Assembly (NCBI GenBank): GCA_964016885.1
Contig: OZ024765.1
Location: 12,896,001-12,960,000 of the forward strand
DNA length: 64,000 nucleotides
Reading direction: 5' to 3'
Source: Eledone cirrhosa
Taxonomy: Eukaryota
Shown: in pieces, positions 53,372 to 64,000 of the stretch
Layout: every line of letters begins with the position of its first letter
Position numbering within the stretch: position 1 is the first letter of the stretch
Notes under the pieces: generated by a model
Database searches by the model: none
What the model saw: the letters and a program-made list of their open reading frames with translations, nothing else
Told to the model about the DNA's origin: nothing
Program-made: the position numbers and the translations under genes

Positions 53372-56300
53372 AAATCATAAGCCAGAGCCCCCCCCCCGCA
53401 TCACCACCATTATTATAAGCCAGAGCCCCCCCCCACCCCCACGCATCACCATTATTATTATTACGCGGACCAAATCATAAGCCAGAGGCCTATACTATCG
53501 CTTGCCCGGTTGCCTTCGATATATGATGGATGGATGGATGGACGGACGGACTGCGGAATCCTGGAGAGTGGAAGGGAGAGAAAAATCTGGACGCCCAGAG
53601 CGAAAATGCCAAAGTTAAAGTCAAATTCACCTCGTGGACGAGAATGCGAGCACTCCTCTTTGTTTCGTCCGCGGATGGCTAACATAACCCTATCTCCTCC
53701 CGCCCCCCACCACCCCCACCCTCCAAACGCAACCCAAAACTTCAGAGTTGGTACCATAAATGTAGGCACCCTAAAGGGTCGCGCTAACGAGGTTGTAGAA
53801 ATGCTTGAACGTAAGGAGGTCGATGTTTGTTGTATTCAAGAGACCAGGTGGAGGGGTGGGTCTGCTAAATTCATTGAGGGTAAAAAACGATGTTATAAGC
53901 TTTTCTGGGTGGGAAACGACGATGGGCTGGGTGGAGTAGGAATCATGGTAGCAGAAAAGTGGGCAGATAAGATAATAGACGTAAATAGAGTGAACGACAG
54001 AATAATTAAAATAAGACTTGTCCTCAATAGAACTACGGTGACAGTAATATCTGCGTACGCACCCCAATCCGGACTGCCCGGCACTATAAAAGACAGATTC
54101 TATGAGACACTGTTGCTAACTACCTCCCAAATATCTGACAGTGACTATATAATTATTGCAGGCGACCTAAATGGTCACGTTGGACAACATTGTGACGGCT
54201 ATGACGAAATCCATGGAGGCTATGGGTTTGGTACTAGAAATGAGGAAGGCTCCAGAATTCTGGAATACTGTGATGCAAATAACCTAACTATCTGTAACAC
54301 TAACTTCAAAAAACGTGACAATCACCTGATTACCTATAGATCCGGGGAACACACAAGCCAGGTAGATTATATCCTTACCAGAAGACGTGACAGAGTGTCT
54401 GTTGTAAACACTAAATCCCTCCCCCATGAAGAATGCACCTCCCAACATAGACTGATAATTAGCGACCTCATAGTCAGGACGAGACGCACCCGACAGCAGA
54501 AGAGGACTATCCTCAGGAGGAAAATATGGAAACTAAAGGACCCCACAGCCAGAAATAAATTTCAAAGCATATTACTTGATGCTTTCGACAGTAAGGAAGA
54601 GCATCTAGAATCGGACAATATAGAGGGACAGTGGAAATTTCTGAAAGCAAACCTGCTGTTGGCGACAGACGAAGTCTGTGGCTGGAGCAGGCCTGTAGGC
54701 AGGAGGAGAGTAACATGGTGGTGGAACAATAGGGTGGAGGGGTCAATTAAGGCCAAAAAGCAGGCTTGGAAAGTATGGCGGGATGGGGGAAGTAGAGTAG
54801 ACTATCAAGTGGCCAGGAGGGAAGCTAGGAGAGAAGTGTACTTAGCAAGAAGGGAAGCTGAGGAAAGAAAGTTCAAGCATGTTCTACAACGCGATGACCA
54901 AAAACGTGAGGTGTTCAGGATTGCCAGGCAATGCGTCAAGGAAAACCGTGATATTGTCGGGGAGAAGTGTGTACTTAACGATGATGGCATACTTGCCATC
55001 ACCGACACTGATAAGAAGGTAGCTTGGAAGTGTCACTATGAAAGGCTACTAAATGAGGAGAATAAATGGGAGAAAGACAGTCTCCCCCTTATCGACCCGA
55101 TAGAGGGACCAGCAGTGTTAGTCGAGGGGAGTATAATAAGTAAGGCAATCAAGGATATGAAGACTGGTAAGGCGGCTGGGCCTTCGGAAATAGTTGCTGA
55201 GATGCTGAAGGCATCTGGCACGGTGGGACACACCATGGTCACCCGCATAGTTAACCAAGTCGTACAGAATGGGGTTGTTCCGAAGGACTGGCATAGCAGC
55301 ATCATCGTTAACTGTTATAAGGGTAAAGGAGACGCCCTAGATAGGAGTAACTATAGAGGCATTAAATTAATCGACCAGGTCATGAAGGTCACGGAAAAAG
55401 TAATAGCGCAACTAATCAGAGAGAGAATTGATCTAGATGAAATGCAGTTCGGGTTTGTGTCAGGCAAAAGCACCACAGACGCTCTTTTCATAGTACGACA
55501 ACTACAGGAGAAGTACCTAGCTAAAGGTAAACCCCTCTACTTAGCTTTTGTCGACCTGGAGAAAGCCTTCGACAGAGTCCCCCGCTCCATTATCTGGTGG
55601 GCTCTTAGAAAACTAGGCGTTGACGAATGGCTTGTGAGGGCTATACAAGCCATGTATAAAGAAACAGTCAGCAAGGTTAGAATTAACAACGAATATAGTG
55701 AAGAGTTTAGCGTAAAAGTTGGCGTCCATCAGGGCTCTGTTCTCAGCCCCCTACTATTTATTATTGCCCTTCAGGCTATAACAGAGGAGTTCAAGACAGG
55801 CTGCCCATGGGAACTCCTATACGCAGACGACCTGACACTCATAGCGGAATCAATGGCCGAGCTAGAGAAGAAATTCCAAACATGGAAGCACGGCCTAGAG
55901 TCAAAAGGACTTAAAATTAACCTGGCTAAGACCAAAGTTCTAGTTTGTAGGAAAGAAAACAAGGCGGCGGTCCCTTCTGGGAAATGGTCGTGCTCGGTAT
56001 GTAGGAAAGGCGTAGGTAGAAACTCCATCTTATGTCCTAAATGCAAAGTATGGGTGCATAAAAGATGTAGTGGGATCACAGGTAAGCTAACTAAGAACAT
56101 AGACTTTACATGTGGCCGGTGTTCTGGTGCAATAAGTAGCAGCAAGTGCCCACAAAATACTAGCTCTTTCAATTGCGCAGAGGGTTCTATAGAAATAGTG
56201 GACAGCTTCCGTTACCTGGGCGATAAAATCAGCAGTGGGGGAGGGTGCTCTGAAAGTACTGTAGCTAGAGTCAGAACTGGTTGGAAAAAGTTCAGAGAGC

Positions 56301-57141
56301 TTATACCACTATTAGCTGCTAAAGGGTTCTCCCTAAAAATGAAAGGCAGGTTGTACGATGCCTGCATACGAACAGCAATGTTGCATGGTAGTGAGACCTG
56401 GGCATTGTGTGCAGAGGATATACGCAGACTAGAGAGGAACGAAGCTTGCATGCTCCGCTGGATGTGTAACAGTAATATACGTGAACGGCAAAGCATAAAC
56501 GAACTAAGGAAAAAATTAGAGATAAGAGGGATCAGATGTTGTTTACTCGAGAGAAGGCTGCGTTGGTATGGACACGTGATGCGCATGAAAGTCGATAGCT
56601 GTATTACAAAGTGCAGGGCAATAAAGATAGACGGTAGCCACGGAATAGGCAGACCTAGAAAAACATGGGATGAGCTGATAAACTCCGACCTCACACACTT
56701 ACACCTTTCCAAGACAATGTCACTGGACCGTGACCTTTGGCGGTACTCAGTAACAGAGAAGACCCGCCTTGCCAGTAGGCATCTCTAACAAAATACACCC
56801 CTCCCGCCGCCACCCCCACCCCATCCACACCACCCCGTTCTATGTAAAGTTATGTTGGTGCCGCGCCATCCAGGCCGAAACAAATGAGATCGTGTAGGTG
56901 TCACGACAAAAAAACACACAGTCCACGCTGTAATGTGGCCGTGTAGGCAACACGGTAAAAACCTCCCAGACCCACACTGTAAATGTGGTTGGTGTTAGGA
57001 AGGGCATCCAACTGTAGAAAACCTGCCAGACAGTCCTATGCGAGCAAGACAATCACTCTTGCCTCAAGTGGGACTACCCCCGTCCAAACCCATGCAAGCG
57101 TGGAACACGGACGTTAAACGTTGATGATGATGATGATGATG
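53372..57141 (+). mobile_element. Apparently intact RTE-clade LINE (RTE-A) inserted in (TA)n
   Basis: Single long ORF, about 350-bp 3'UTR, (GAT)n tail, TA tracts on both sides. Confidence 0.93.
53510..56788 (+). CDS. RTE retrotransposon protein: APE endonuclease, reverse transcriptase and PHD-type finger (first in-frame ATG at 53534)
   Basis: Endonuclease motifs GTINVGTL, IQETRW, SAYAPQ, AGDLNGH, QVDYIL, SQHRL. RT motifs YRGIKL, QFGF, FVDLEKAFD, GVHQGSVLSP, YADD (55820-55831), FRYLG. C-terminal RLRWYGHV and GRPRKTW. No stop codons. Confidence 0.96.
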   Translation: MPSIYDGWMDGRTDCGILESGRERKIWTPRAKMPKLKSNSPRGRECEHSSLFRPRMANITLSPPAPHHPHPPNATQNFRVGTINVGTLKGRANEVVEMLERKEVDVCCIQETRWRGGSAKFIEGKKRCYKLFWVGNDDGLGGVGIMVAEKWADKIIDVNRVNDRIIKIRLVLNRTTVTVISAYAPQSGLPGTIKDRFYETLLLTTSQISDSDYIIIAGDLNGHVGQHCDGYDEIHGGYGFGTRNEEGSRILEYCDANNLTICNTNFKKRDNHLITYRSGEHTSQVDYILTRRRDRVSVVNTKSLPHEECTSQHRLIISDLIVRTRRTRQQKRTILRRKIWKLKDPTARNKFQSILLDAFDSKEEHLESDNIEGQWKFLKANLLLATDEVCGWSRPVGRRRVTWWWNNRVEGSIKAKKQAWKVWRDGGSRVDYQVARREARREVYLARREAEERKFKHVLQRDDQKREVFRIARQCVKENRDIVGEKCVLNDDGILAITDTDKKVAWKCHYERLLNEENKWEKDSLPLIDPIEGPAVLVEGSIISKAIKDMKTGKAAGPSEIVAEMLKASGTVGHTMVTRIVNQVVQNGVVPKDWHSSIIVNCYKGKGDALDRSNYRGIKLIDQVMKVTEKVIAQLIRERIDLDEMQFGFVSGKSTTDALFIVRQLQEKYLAKGKPLYLAFVDLEKAFDRVPRSIIWWALRKLGVDEWLVRAIQAMYKETVSKVRINNEYSEEFSVKVGVHQGSVLSPLLFIIALQAITEEFKTGCPWELLYADDLTLIAESMAELEKKFQTWKHGLESKGLKINLAKTKVLVCRKENKAAVPSGKWSCSVCRKGVGRNSILCPKCKVWVHKRCSGITGKLTKNIDFTCGRCSGAISSSKCPQNTSSFNCAEGSIEIVDSFRYLGDKISSGGGCSESTVARVRTGWKKFRELIPLLAAKGFSLKMKGRLYDACIRTAMLHGSETWALCAEDIRRLERNEACMLRWMCNSNIRERQSINELRKKLEIRGIRCCLLERRLRWYGHVMRMKVDSCITKCRAIKIDGSHGIGRPRKTWDELINSDLTHLHLSKTMSLDRDLWRYSVTEKTRLASRHL

Positions 57142-57168
57142 ATATATACATATATATATATATACACA

Positions 57169-57330
<162 letters not shown>

Positions 57331-57420
57331 CACACACACACATATATATATATATATACATACACACACAGACATATATATACATACATACATACACACA
57401 TATATATATATATATATATA

Positions 57421-57621
57421 TAACGAAGGAAATGTGGTAAGGAACCAGGTGGACCATAACGCACCAGAGTACTCAATACTTAGGGCAGAAATAGCCATCG
57501 AAACGGCTTGAGCTCTGCCGTCGGGGTCATACTTTTTCCTATTACCCACTCTACTACCCTAAGTATTGAGTACTCTGGTGCATTATGGTCCACTTGGTAT
57601 CTTACCACACTCTTTTTGTTA
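57421..57621 (+). mobile_element. Family P1 element with an inverted copy of its tail (57421-57485 vs 57557-57621)
   Basis: TAACGAAGG..ACTCAATACTTAGGG is the imperfect reverse complement of CCCTAAGTATTGAGT..TTGTTA. Confidence 0.7.
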
Positions 57622-57724
57622 TATATATATATATATATATATATACATACACACATATATATATATATACATATATACACACATATATATATATACACAC
57701 ACATATATATATATATACATATAT

Positions 57725-57767
<43 letters not shown>

Positions 57768-57814
57768 TACATATATACATAATTCAACAATGCTTCAAGC
57801 AAACTACAAAACTG

Positions 57815-57858
<44 letters not shown>

Positions 57859-58064
57859 CAGTTACAGATTAACAAGGATTTGTATTAAATCATTTAACCC
57901 TTTCGTAACCGTATTTATAATGAAATATACTCTTGTTTCAATTAATTATTGCAGAATTTTGAAGGATTTACTCAAATGATTGACTATTTTGTTCCTAATA
58001 TAATAACTTAACATATATTTCTTATATAATATCATGTTGAAATATATAAATTTATATAGGAATT

Positions 58065-58283
58065 AAATATAATGTATTTTGCAATACACTTTATGCTTAA
58101 TTAAAAGCATTTTGAAGACCGTAACCTATTGTTTTAAAGTAGTGACAAACTCACTCACTTCGATCTCAGCAAACAATAGCTTACGGTCTTCAAAATGCTT
58201 TTAATTAAGCATAAAGTGTATTGCAAAATACATTATATTTACATCCATATATATATTGCTATTTCAGAGCTACAATTCTAATT
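58065..58283. mobile_element. 219-bp insertion with 70-bp inverted repeats and a 14-bp TSD
   Basis: TSD TTTATATAGGAATT at 58051-58064 and 58284-58297. The paralogous site at about 21687-21700 is empty. Confidence 0.85.
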
Positions 58284-58565
58284 TTTATATAGGAATTGTT
58301 TGAAATGGGTGGTTTTCTTTCATAGAAGGATGGCTGGTTTTGGTATCAAAAGGGTTAATTGATTTACAACCGGTTCGTTAGAATAACTGGTATATTACAT
58401 TCCTGTTATAACAAGCTCTTCAGAATTGATTAAAACTCCTATATTTATGTATATGCAAGTAGGGAAAAGTAGACATAAAATGATGATGATGATATATATA
58501 TATATATATATATTAGTAAATGAGTGAAGAATAACACACACACGCACACACACGCACACACACGC

Positions 58566-58599
<34 letters not shown>

Positions 58600-58602
<3 letters not shown>

Positions 58603-59974
58603 AGACCCGACTGGCTTTGTATACAAACCTACAATCAGTAGGCACCTCTTAACCCAATGTACACACCCTACCCCGTCTCCCTTTTCCGTTCCGTCCACTG
58701 TGTTGATGACACAACAGTCCATACTGTAAAGTGGTTGTGTAGGAGACACAGTAAAAAGGCTCCCAGTCCATACTGTAAAGTGGTCGTGTAGGAGATACAG
58801 TAAAAAGGCTCCCAGTCCACACTGTAAGGTGGTCGTGTAGGAGACATGGTAAAAAGGCTCCCAGTCCACACTGTAAGGTGGTTGTGTAGGAGACACAGTA
58901 AAAAGGCTCCCAGTCCACACTGTAAGGTGGTCGTGTAGGAGACACAGTAAAAAGGCTCCCAGTCCACACTGTAAAGTGGTTGTGTAGGAGACACAGTAAA
59001 AAGGCTCCCAGTCCACACTGTAAGGTGGTCGTGTAGGAGACACGGTAAAAAGGCTCCCAGTCCACACTGTAAGGTGGTCGTGTAGGAGACACAGTAAAAA
59101 GGCTCCCAGTCCACACTGTAAGGTGGTCGTGTAGGAGACACAGTAAAAAGGCTCCCAGTCCACACTGTAAGGTGGTCGTGTAGGAGACACAGTAAAAAGG
59201 CTCCCAGTCCACACTGTACGGTGGTCGTGTAGGAGACACAGTAAAAAGGCTCCCAGTCCACACTGTAAGGTGGTCGTGTAGGAGACACAGTAAAAAGGCT
59301 CCCAGTCCACACTGTAAGGTGGTCGTGTAGGAGACACAGTAAAAAGGCTCCCAGTCCACACTGTAAAGTGGTCATGTAGGAGACACAGTAAAAAGGCTCC
59401 CAGTCCACACTGTAAAGTGGTCGTGTAGGAGACACAGTAAAAAGGCTCCCAGTCCACACTGTAAGGTGGTCGTGTAGGAGACACAGTAAAAAGGCTCCCA
59501 GTCCACACTGTAAAGTGGTCGTGTAGGAGACACAGTAAAAAGGCTCCCAGTCCACACTGTAAGGTGGTCGTGTAGGAGACACAGTAAAAAGGCTCCCAGT
59601 CCACACTGTAAAGTGGTTGTGTAGGAGACACAGTAAAAAGGCTCCCAGTCCACACTGTAAAGTGGTCATGTAGGAGACACAGTAAAAAGGCTCCCAGTCC
59701 ACACTGTAAAGTGGTCGTGTAGGAGACACAGTAAAAAGGCTCCCAGTTCACACTGTAAGGTGGTCGTGTAGGAGACACAGTAAAAAGGCTCCCAGTCCGC
59801 ACTGTAAAGTGGTTGGTGTTAGGAAGGGCATCCAACTGTAAAACAACCTGCCAGAGACACTTCTGTACGAGCGAAATTTGGTCTCCCAACCTTTCCTGCA
59901 TCAAATGGAACAAAACCGTCTAACCCATGTTAGCGTGGAAGATGGACATTAAACGACGATGATGATGATGATGA
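58600..59974 (+). mobile_element. RTE-A-lineage 3' end with a 49-bp unit expanded to about 22 copies
   Basis: Unit CAGTCCACACTGTAAGGTGGTCGTGTAGGAGACACAGTAAAAAGGCTCC over 58715-59812. Ends in a (GAT)n tail. Confidence 0.9.
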
Positions 59975-60044
59975 TATATATATATATATCACACGCACAC
60001 ACATATATATACATACATTCATAGATATATATATATATAATATC

Positions 60045-60920
60045 ATCATGATCATTATACGTCCGCTTTTCCCTGCTTGCAAGGGTGGGATGGGTCTTAT
60101 TCAGCACAGCATCTCTCCACTTGTCACGGTCCTTCGTCATCCCCACCGTGAGCTTCAGCGATCTGAGGTCTGTTCTCACCACCTCCGCCCATGCTTTTCA
60201 TGGTCTACCTTTACCACGTCTTCCTTCAACTGGCATTTCCTGGCACTTCTTCACCCATCGGTCAACCTCCATACACATCACATGTCCATACCACCTCAGT
60301 CTCCTCTCCCGTACACTACATCCTATCCCTCTCAGACACAGTTTCTCTCTCAACACATCACATGTCCATACCACCTCAGTCGCCTCTCCCGTACACTACA
60401 TTCTATCCCTCTCAGACACAGTTTCTCTCTCAACACATCACATGTCCATACCACCTCAGTCGCCTCTCCCGTACACTACATTCTATCCCTCTCAGACACA
60501 GTTTCTCTCTCAACACATCACATGTCCATACCACCTCAGTCTCCTCTCCCGTACACTACATTCTATCCCTCTCAGACACAGTTTCTCTCTCAACACATCA
60601 CATGTCCATACCACCTCAGTCGCCTCTCCCGTACACTACATTCTATCCCTCTCAGACACAGTTTCTCTCTCAACACATCACATGTCCATACCACGTCAGT
60701 CGCCTCTCCCGTACACTACATTCTATCCCTCTCAGACACAGTTTCTCTCTCAACACATCACATGTCCATACCACCTCAGTCTCCTCTCCCGTACACTACA
60801 TTCTATCCCTCTCAGACACAGTTTCTCTCTCAACACATCACATGTCCATACCACCTCAGTCTCCTCTCCCGTACACTACATTCTATCCCTCTCAGACACA
60901 GTTTCTCTCTCAACACATCC
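60045..60920 (-). mobile_element. RTE-B 3' fragment with an 80-bp unit expanded about eight times
   Basis: Reverse complement encodes LREKLCLRGIGCSVRERRLRWYGHVM..GKGRP*KAW..THPTLASREKRT. The array spans 60274-60919. Confidence 0.88.
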
Positions 60921-60935
60921 ACATATATATACATA

Positions 60936-61601
60936 CAGTGTACCCCATGCATTCGCGGCTCTGGTTATTCATGGAATTTTCATTAGAACCTAATAATTGT
61001 TCCTGGAAACCAATGGATATTCTCAGAATTGTAACTATCTTCCACAAATTTTTTAATTGCTTTTTTCGTGGCAATCATCATCATCATCATCATCATTTCA
61101 TTTTACATCCACTTTTCCCTGCTTGCAAGGGTGGGACGGGAACTGATTCTGGCTTGATTTCTACAGCTGGATGCCCTTCCTAACACCAACCTCATTTACA
61201 GTGAGTGCTGGGTGCTTTTTTGCCGTGGCACCTGCATGACCACTTTGCAGTGGAATGATATGGACCCCCAGTCCCTATCATCTCATTTCTTCAGCTGAGT
61301 AAACTGGAGCAATGTGAAATAAAGTGTCTTGCTCAAGGAAACAACACATCACCCGGTCTGAGAATTGAACTCACAACCTTTTGATTGCAAGGCCAATGCT
61401 CTAACCACTAAGCCAAGTGCTTCCATATATATATATTTTCACACTAAATTATTAATAACAATATACCATATTTGGTGGCCCATATTTTACGTTAGGTTTT
61501 GACATTTATAGGCATTTTAAAATATTATCCAGTATTTGCAGTTTTTCACTCTTTGCGGGTGCTCTAGGAATATAACCCCTGCAAATGCCAGGGGACAACT
61601 G
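60936..61601. mobile_element. Tigger/pogo-like MITE with TA TSD and a nested family A SINE (61075-61424, minus)
   Basis: TA-CAGTGTACCCCATGCATTCGCGG ... CTGCAAATGCCAGGGGACAACTG-TA. The internal part is also seen at 10638-10775. Confidence 0.7.
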
Positions 61602-61621
61602 TATACACATATATATATTTT

Positions 61622-61808
61622 ATAATTGTTTCTACTTTTGGCACAAGGCCAGCAATTACCCAATGCATTACTGGTACTTTATTCTATCGACCCCGTAAGG
61701 ATGAAAGGCAAAGTCAACCTCGGTGGGATTTGAACTCAGATTGTAAAGGGACGTAACTATGCTGGAAAGCATGGCGTCCGACCCTCTACTGATACTGCCA
61801 ATCCACTA
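61622..61808 (-). mobile_element. Family M SINE
   Basis: Full-length reverse-complement copy. Confidence 0.9.
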
Positions 61809-62077
61809 TTATAATTAGTTTCTATCTGACTTCAAGAGCTCAGCTGTAGGGCAGGATCTTATTACAATACCAACACTTGACTTACTTATTGAATACTTGA
61901 CTGAAAAATAGTCTTACTAGTCTAATCTGGTAATTCCCTGTCTCTCTATATATCATCAGGAAGCCCTAATGATTTCCTCCAAATGAAACAGTTCTAGTCC
62001 TGTAGAAGCTATTTCTATATTAAATATTTATTCTCTGCTATGTACTGTGGTTACCCTCGATTGTACCCAGGATAAAC

Positions 62078-62140
<63 letters not shown>

Positions 62141-62428
62141 GGAGTTTCTGGCCAACTGCAAGAGCTCAGCCGTAGCGCAGTAACTTATTACAAAACCAAC
62201 TTACTTATTGAGTACTTAGCTGAACAATGGTCTTACTTGTCTAAACTGGTAATTCCTCATCTATATATTTATCTGGCTGAATGTGTGTGTGTGTGTGTGA
62301 GTGTGTATGTGTGTGTGTGAGTGTGTGTGAGTATGTATGTGTATAAAAAATCTCTGATGATACACATGTGATGTGAAATGAAGTGTTAGGGTAAATTAAT
62401 TGATTTAATGCTCAGAGTATATATAGTA

Positions 62429-62645
62429 CGAGGGTTTACTGAAAAATTCTGGACTTGATCTCTACTACAAGGGCCTGGTTGGAGGCCCAACCTTCCGAGT
62501 TCTTTTTACAGGGCTTAGAAAAACTTAAGGACCCCTGCAATAAATGTGTGAATCTGAGAGGGGAATATGTTGAATAAAATCATAATTAATTGATCCTCCT
62601 GTATTTTCTTTTACCTGAAGCTAAAAACTTTTCAGCACCCCCTCC
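62429..62645 (+). mobile_element. Internally deleted mariner element
   Basis: TA-CGAGGGTTTACTGAAAAATT / AACTTTTCAGCACCCCCTCC-TA. Encodes QGLEKLKDPCNKCVNLRGEYVE*, a mariner transposase C-terminus. Confidence 0.8.
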
Positions 62646-62694
62646 TATATATTTCAATTAGAAATGCAGCTTCAGCAAAATTCTTGCCATTTCC

Positions 62695-63454
62695 TTGACC
62701 CTTTAGTTACCAATCTGGCCCAAACCAGCTCTGGTTCTATGAAATAAAACAATTTAAATAAAAAATCATAATTTTATATAAGAACCTGACATTAAGTTAC
62801 TATCTGAGCAGTGCTGGATTTACTATTGTGCTTAAGCACAGAGCCCTATTTGCCAGGGAAGGGAGGGAGAGGGGCATCTTCCTGCCAAAAATTTTTTTTC
62901 ACTTCCTTCAGGGCCCAAGTAAGGGGCCTCCTAACTTACCTATCACAGGGCCTCATTTGTCCTGAATCCAGCATTGTATTTTACTAATGAAATACCATAT
63001 TTCCCGGTGCTGAATTCGCTTTGTCTTCAAGGACTCATCTTAATTTTGACAACCAGAAATTTGAAAAAAATAATAAACTACCTTCAGTCTCCAAGACCCA
63101 TGGTAGATTTTTGAGATTTATTTTAGGAAAAAAGTAGCATCTTCGATGCCGGGAAATACGGTGGTTGATAATTTTAGTAAATCCCTCAAAATTCTTCATT
63201 AATTAATTGAGTGTAATGGCCAGTGGATTGGCAGTATCGGTAGAGGGTCGGACGCCATGCTTTGACGCATAGAGTTACGGCCCTTGCCATTCTGAGTTCA
63301 AATCCCGCCGAGGTTAACTTTGCCTTTCATCCTTATGGGGTCGATAAAATAAAGTACCAGTAATACACTGGGTAATTGCTGGCCTTGTGCCAAAAGTAGA
63401 AACAATTAATTAATTGAGTGTATTTCATTAGAAATGTGGCCATGAAAGGGTTAA
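62695..63454. mobile_element. TTAA MITE (T2-related) hosting an hAT-like MITE (62809-62976), a Tc2-like MITE (62995-63161) and a family M SINE (63216-63404)
   Basis: Outer ends TTgA-CCCTTTAGTTACC / GGCCATGAAAGGG-TTAA. Inner TIRs CAGTGCTGGATT/AATCCAGCATTG and CCATATTTCCCGG/CCGGGAAATACGG. SINE TSD ATTAATTAATTGAGTGTA. Confidence 0.7.
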
Positions 63455-63687
63455 TCCCCATTGAAAGATATGTAAGGCTAATAAAGCGTCTTTAATATAT
63501 TCATCATTCTCGTATATTGAAAGGGTTTGTGTCCTTACATTTTTATAACCACTCTCGATTGTTTTACTCCTTATTCTATATGAATTACACCTTGGGTCAA
63601 TTGATTCATTCTCTTTACTGATTGTTGAACCAAGTTGAGCTTGGAAATTGCTGGCATAACTTTACTCATTTAATCTTTCAATAATTT

Positions 63688-63726
<39 letters not shown>

Positions 63727-63764
63727 TTGCGAGGTTTTTTATATGAAATCGTGTGTCGAAACAA

Positions 63765-63918
63765 ATATTGTTATACTTGGGGAGGGTCATATTTGTGTAA
63801 TATTGCCAGAATTAATAACAGAACACACTCACTGTTTGGTTGGTTTTCGCTTCTCGCTTCTGTTTCTGTTATTAATTCTGGCAATATTACACAAATATGA
63901 CCTTCCCCAAGTATAACA

Positions 63919-63922
<4 letters not shown>
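63765..63922. repeat. Inverted repeat with 59-bp arms and a 40-bp spacer, within (TA)n
   Basis: ATATTGTTATACTTGGGG.. / ..CCCCAAGTATAACAATAT. Related sequence at about 18735-18770 and 18960-19005. Confidence 0.85.
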
Positions 63923-63952
<30 letters not shown>

Positions 63953-64000
63953 CATCATCATCATCATCATTTTACGTCCGCTTTTCCCTGCTTGCAAGGG

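Noticed and set aside
58715-59812. CRISPR-like appearance of regular arrays (also 46471, 47640 and 5319)
   Set aside because: The units are wholly repeated with no unique spacers, there are no cas genes, and the arrays derive from eukaryotic TEs.
62350-62395. CTGATGA..GAAA candidate hammerhead
   Set aside because: Stem II is out of register and stems I and III are weak. At best a decayed copy.

Overview
AT-rich eukaryotic intergenic or intronic DNA. The SINE and LINE families point to an octopod cephalopod (inference). No host protein-coding exon can be supported: nearly all long ORFs in the track are translations of (TA)n, (CA)n, (GGT)n or (CAG)n tracts or of minisatellites. The only intact gene is a 1092-aa RTE-clade LINE ORF (53510-56788; APE endonuclease plus RT) with a PHD-type C4HC3 zinc finger inserted inside the RT core. 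The rest is tRNA-derived SINEs (three families), fragments of RTE, CR1 and CRE LINEs, and MITEs (piggyBac-like TTAA, Tc2/pogo, Tigger, mariner, hAT). Two patterns stand out. (1) About ten minimal type I hammerhead ribozymes from several unrelated sequence families sit in short elements next to (TA)n tracts. Many are perfect fold-back palindromes with arms up to 197 bp, which puts a ribozyme on each strand; they resemble Penelope-like terminal repeats or retrozymes. (2) Internal 45-112 bp segments of almost every TE class have been amplified in place into homogeneous minisatellites.
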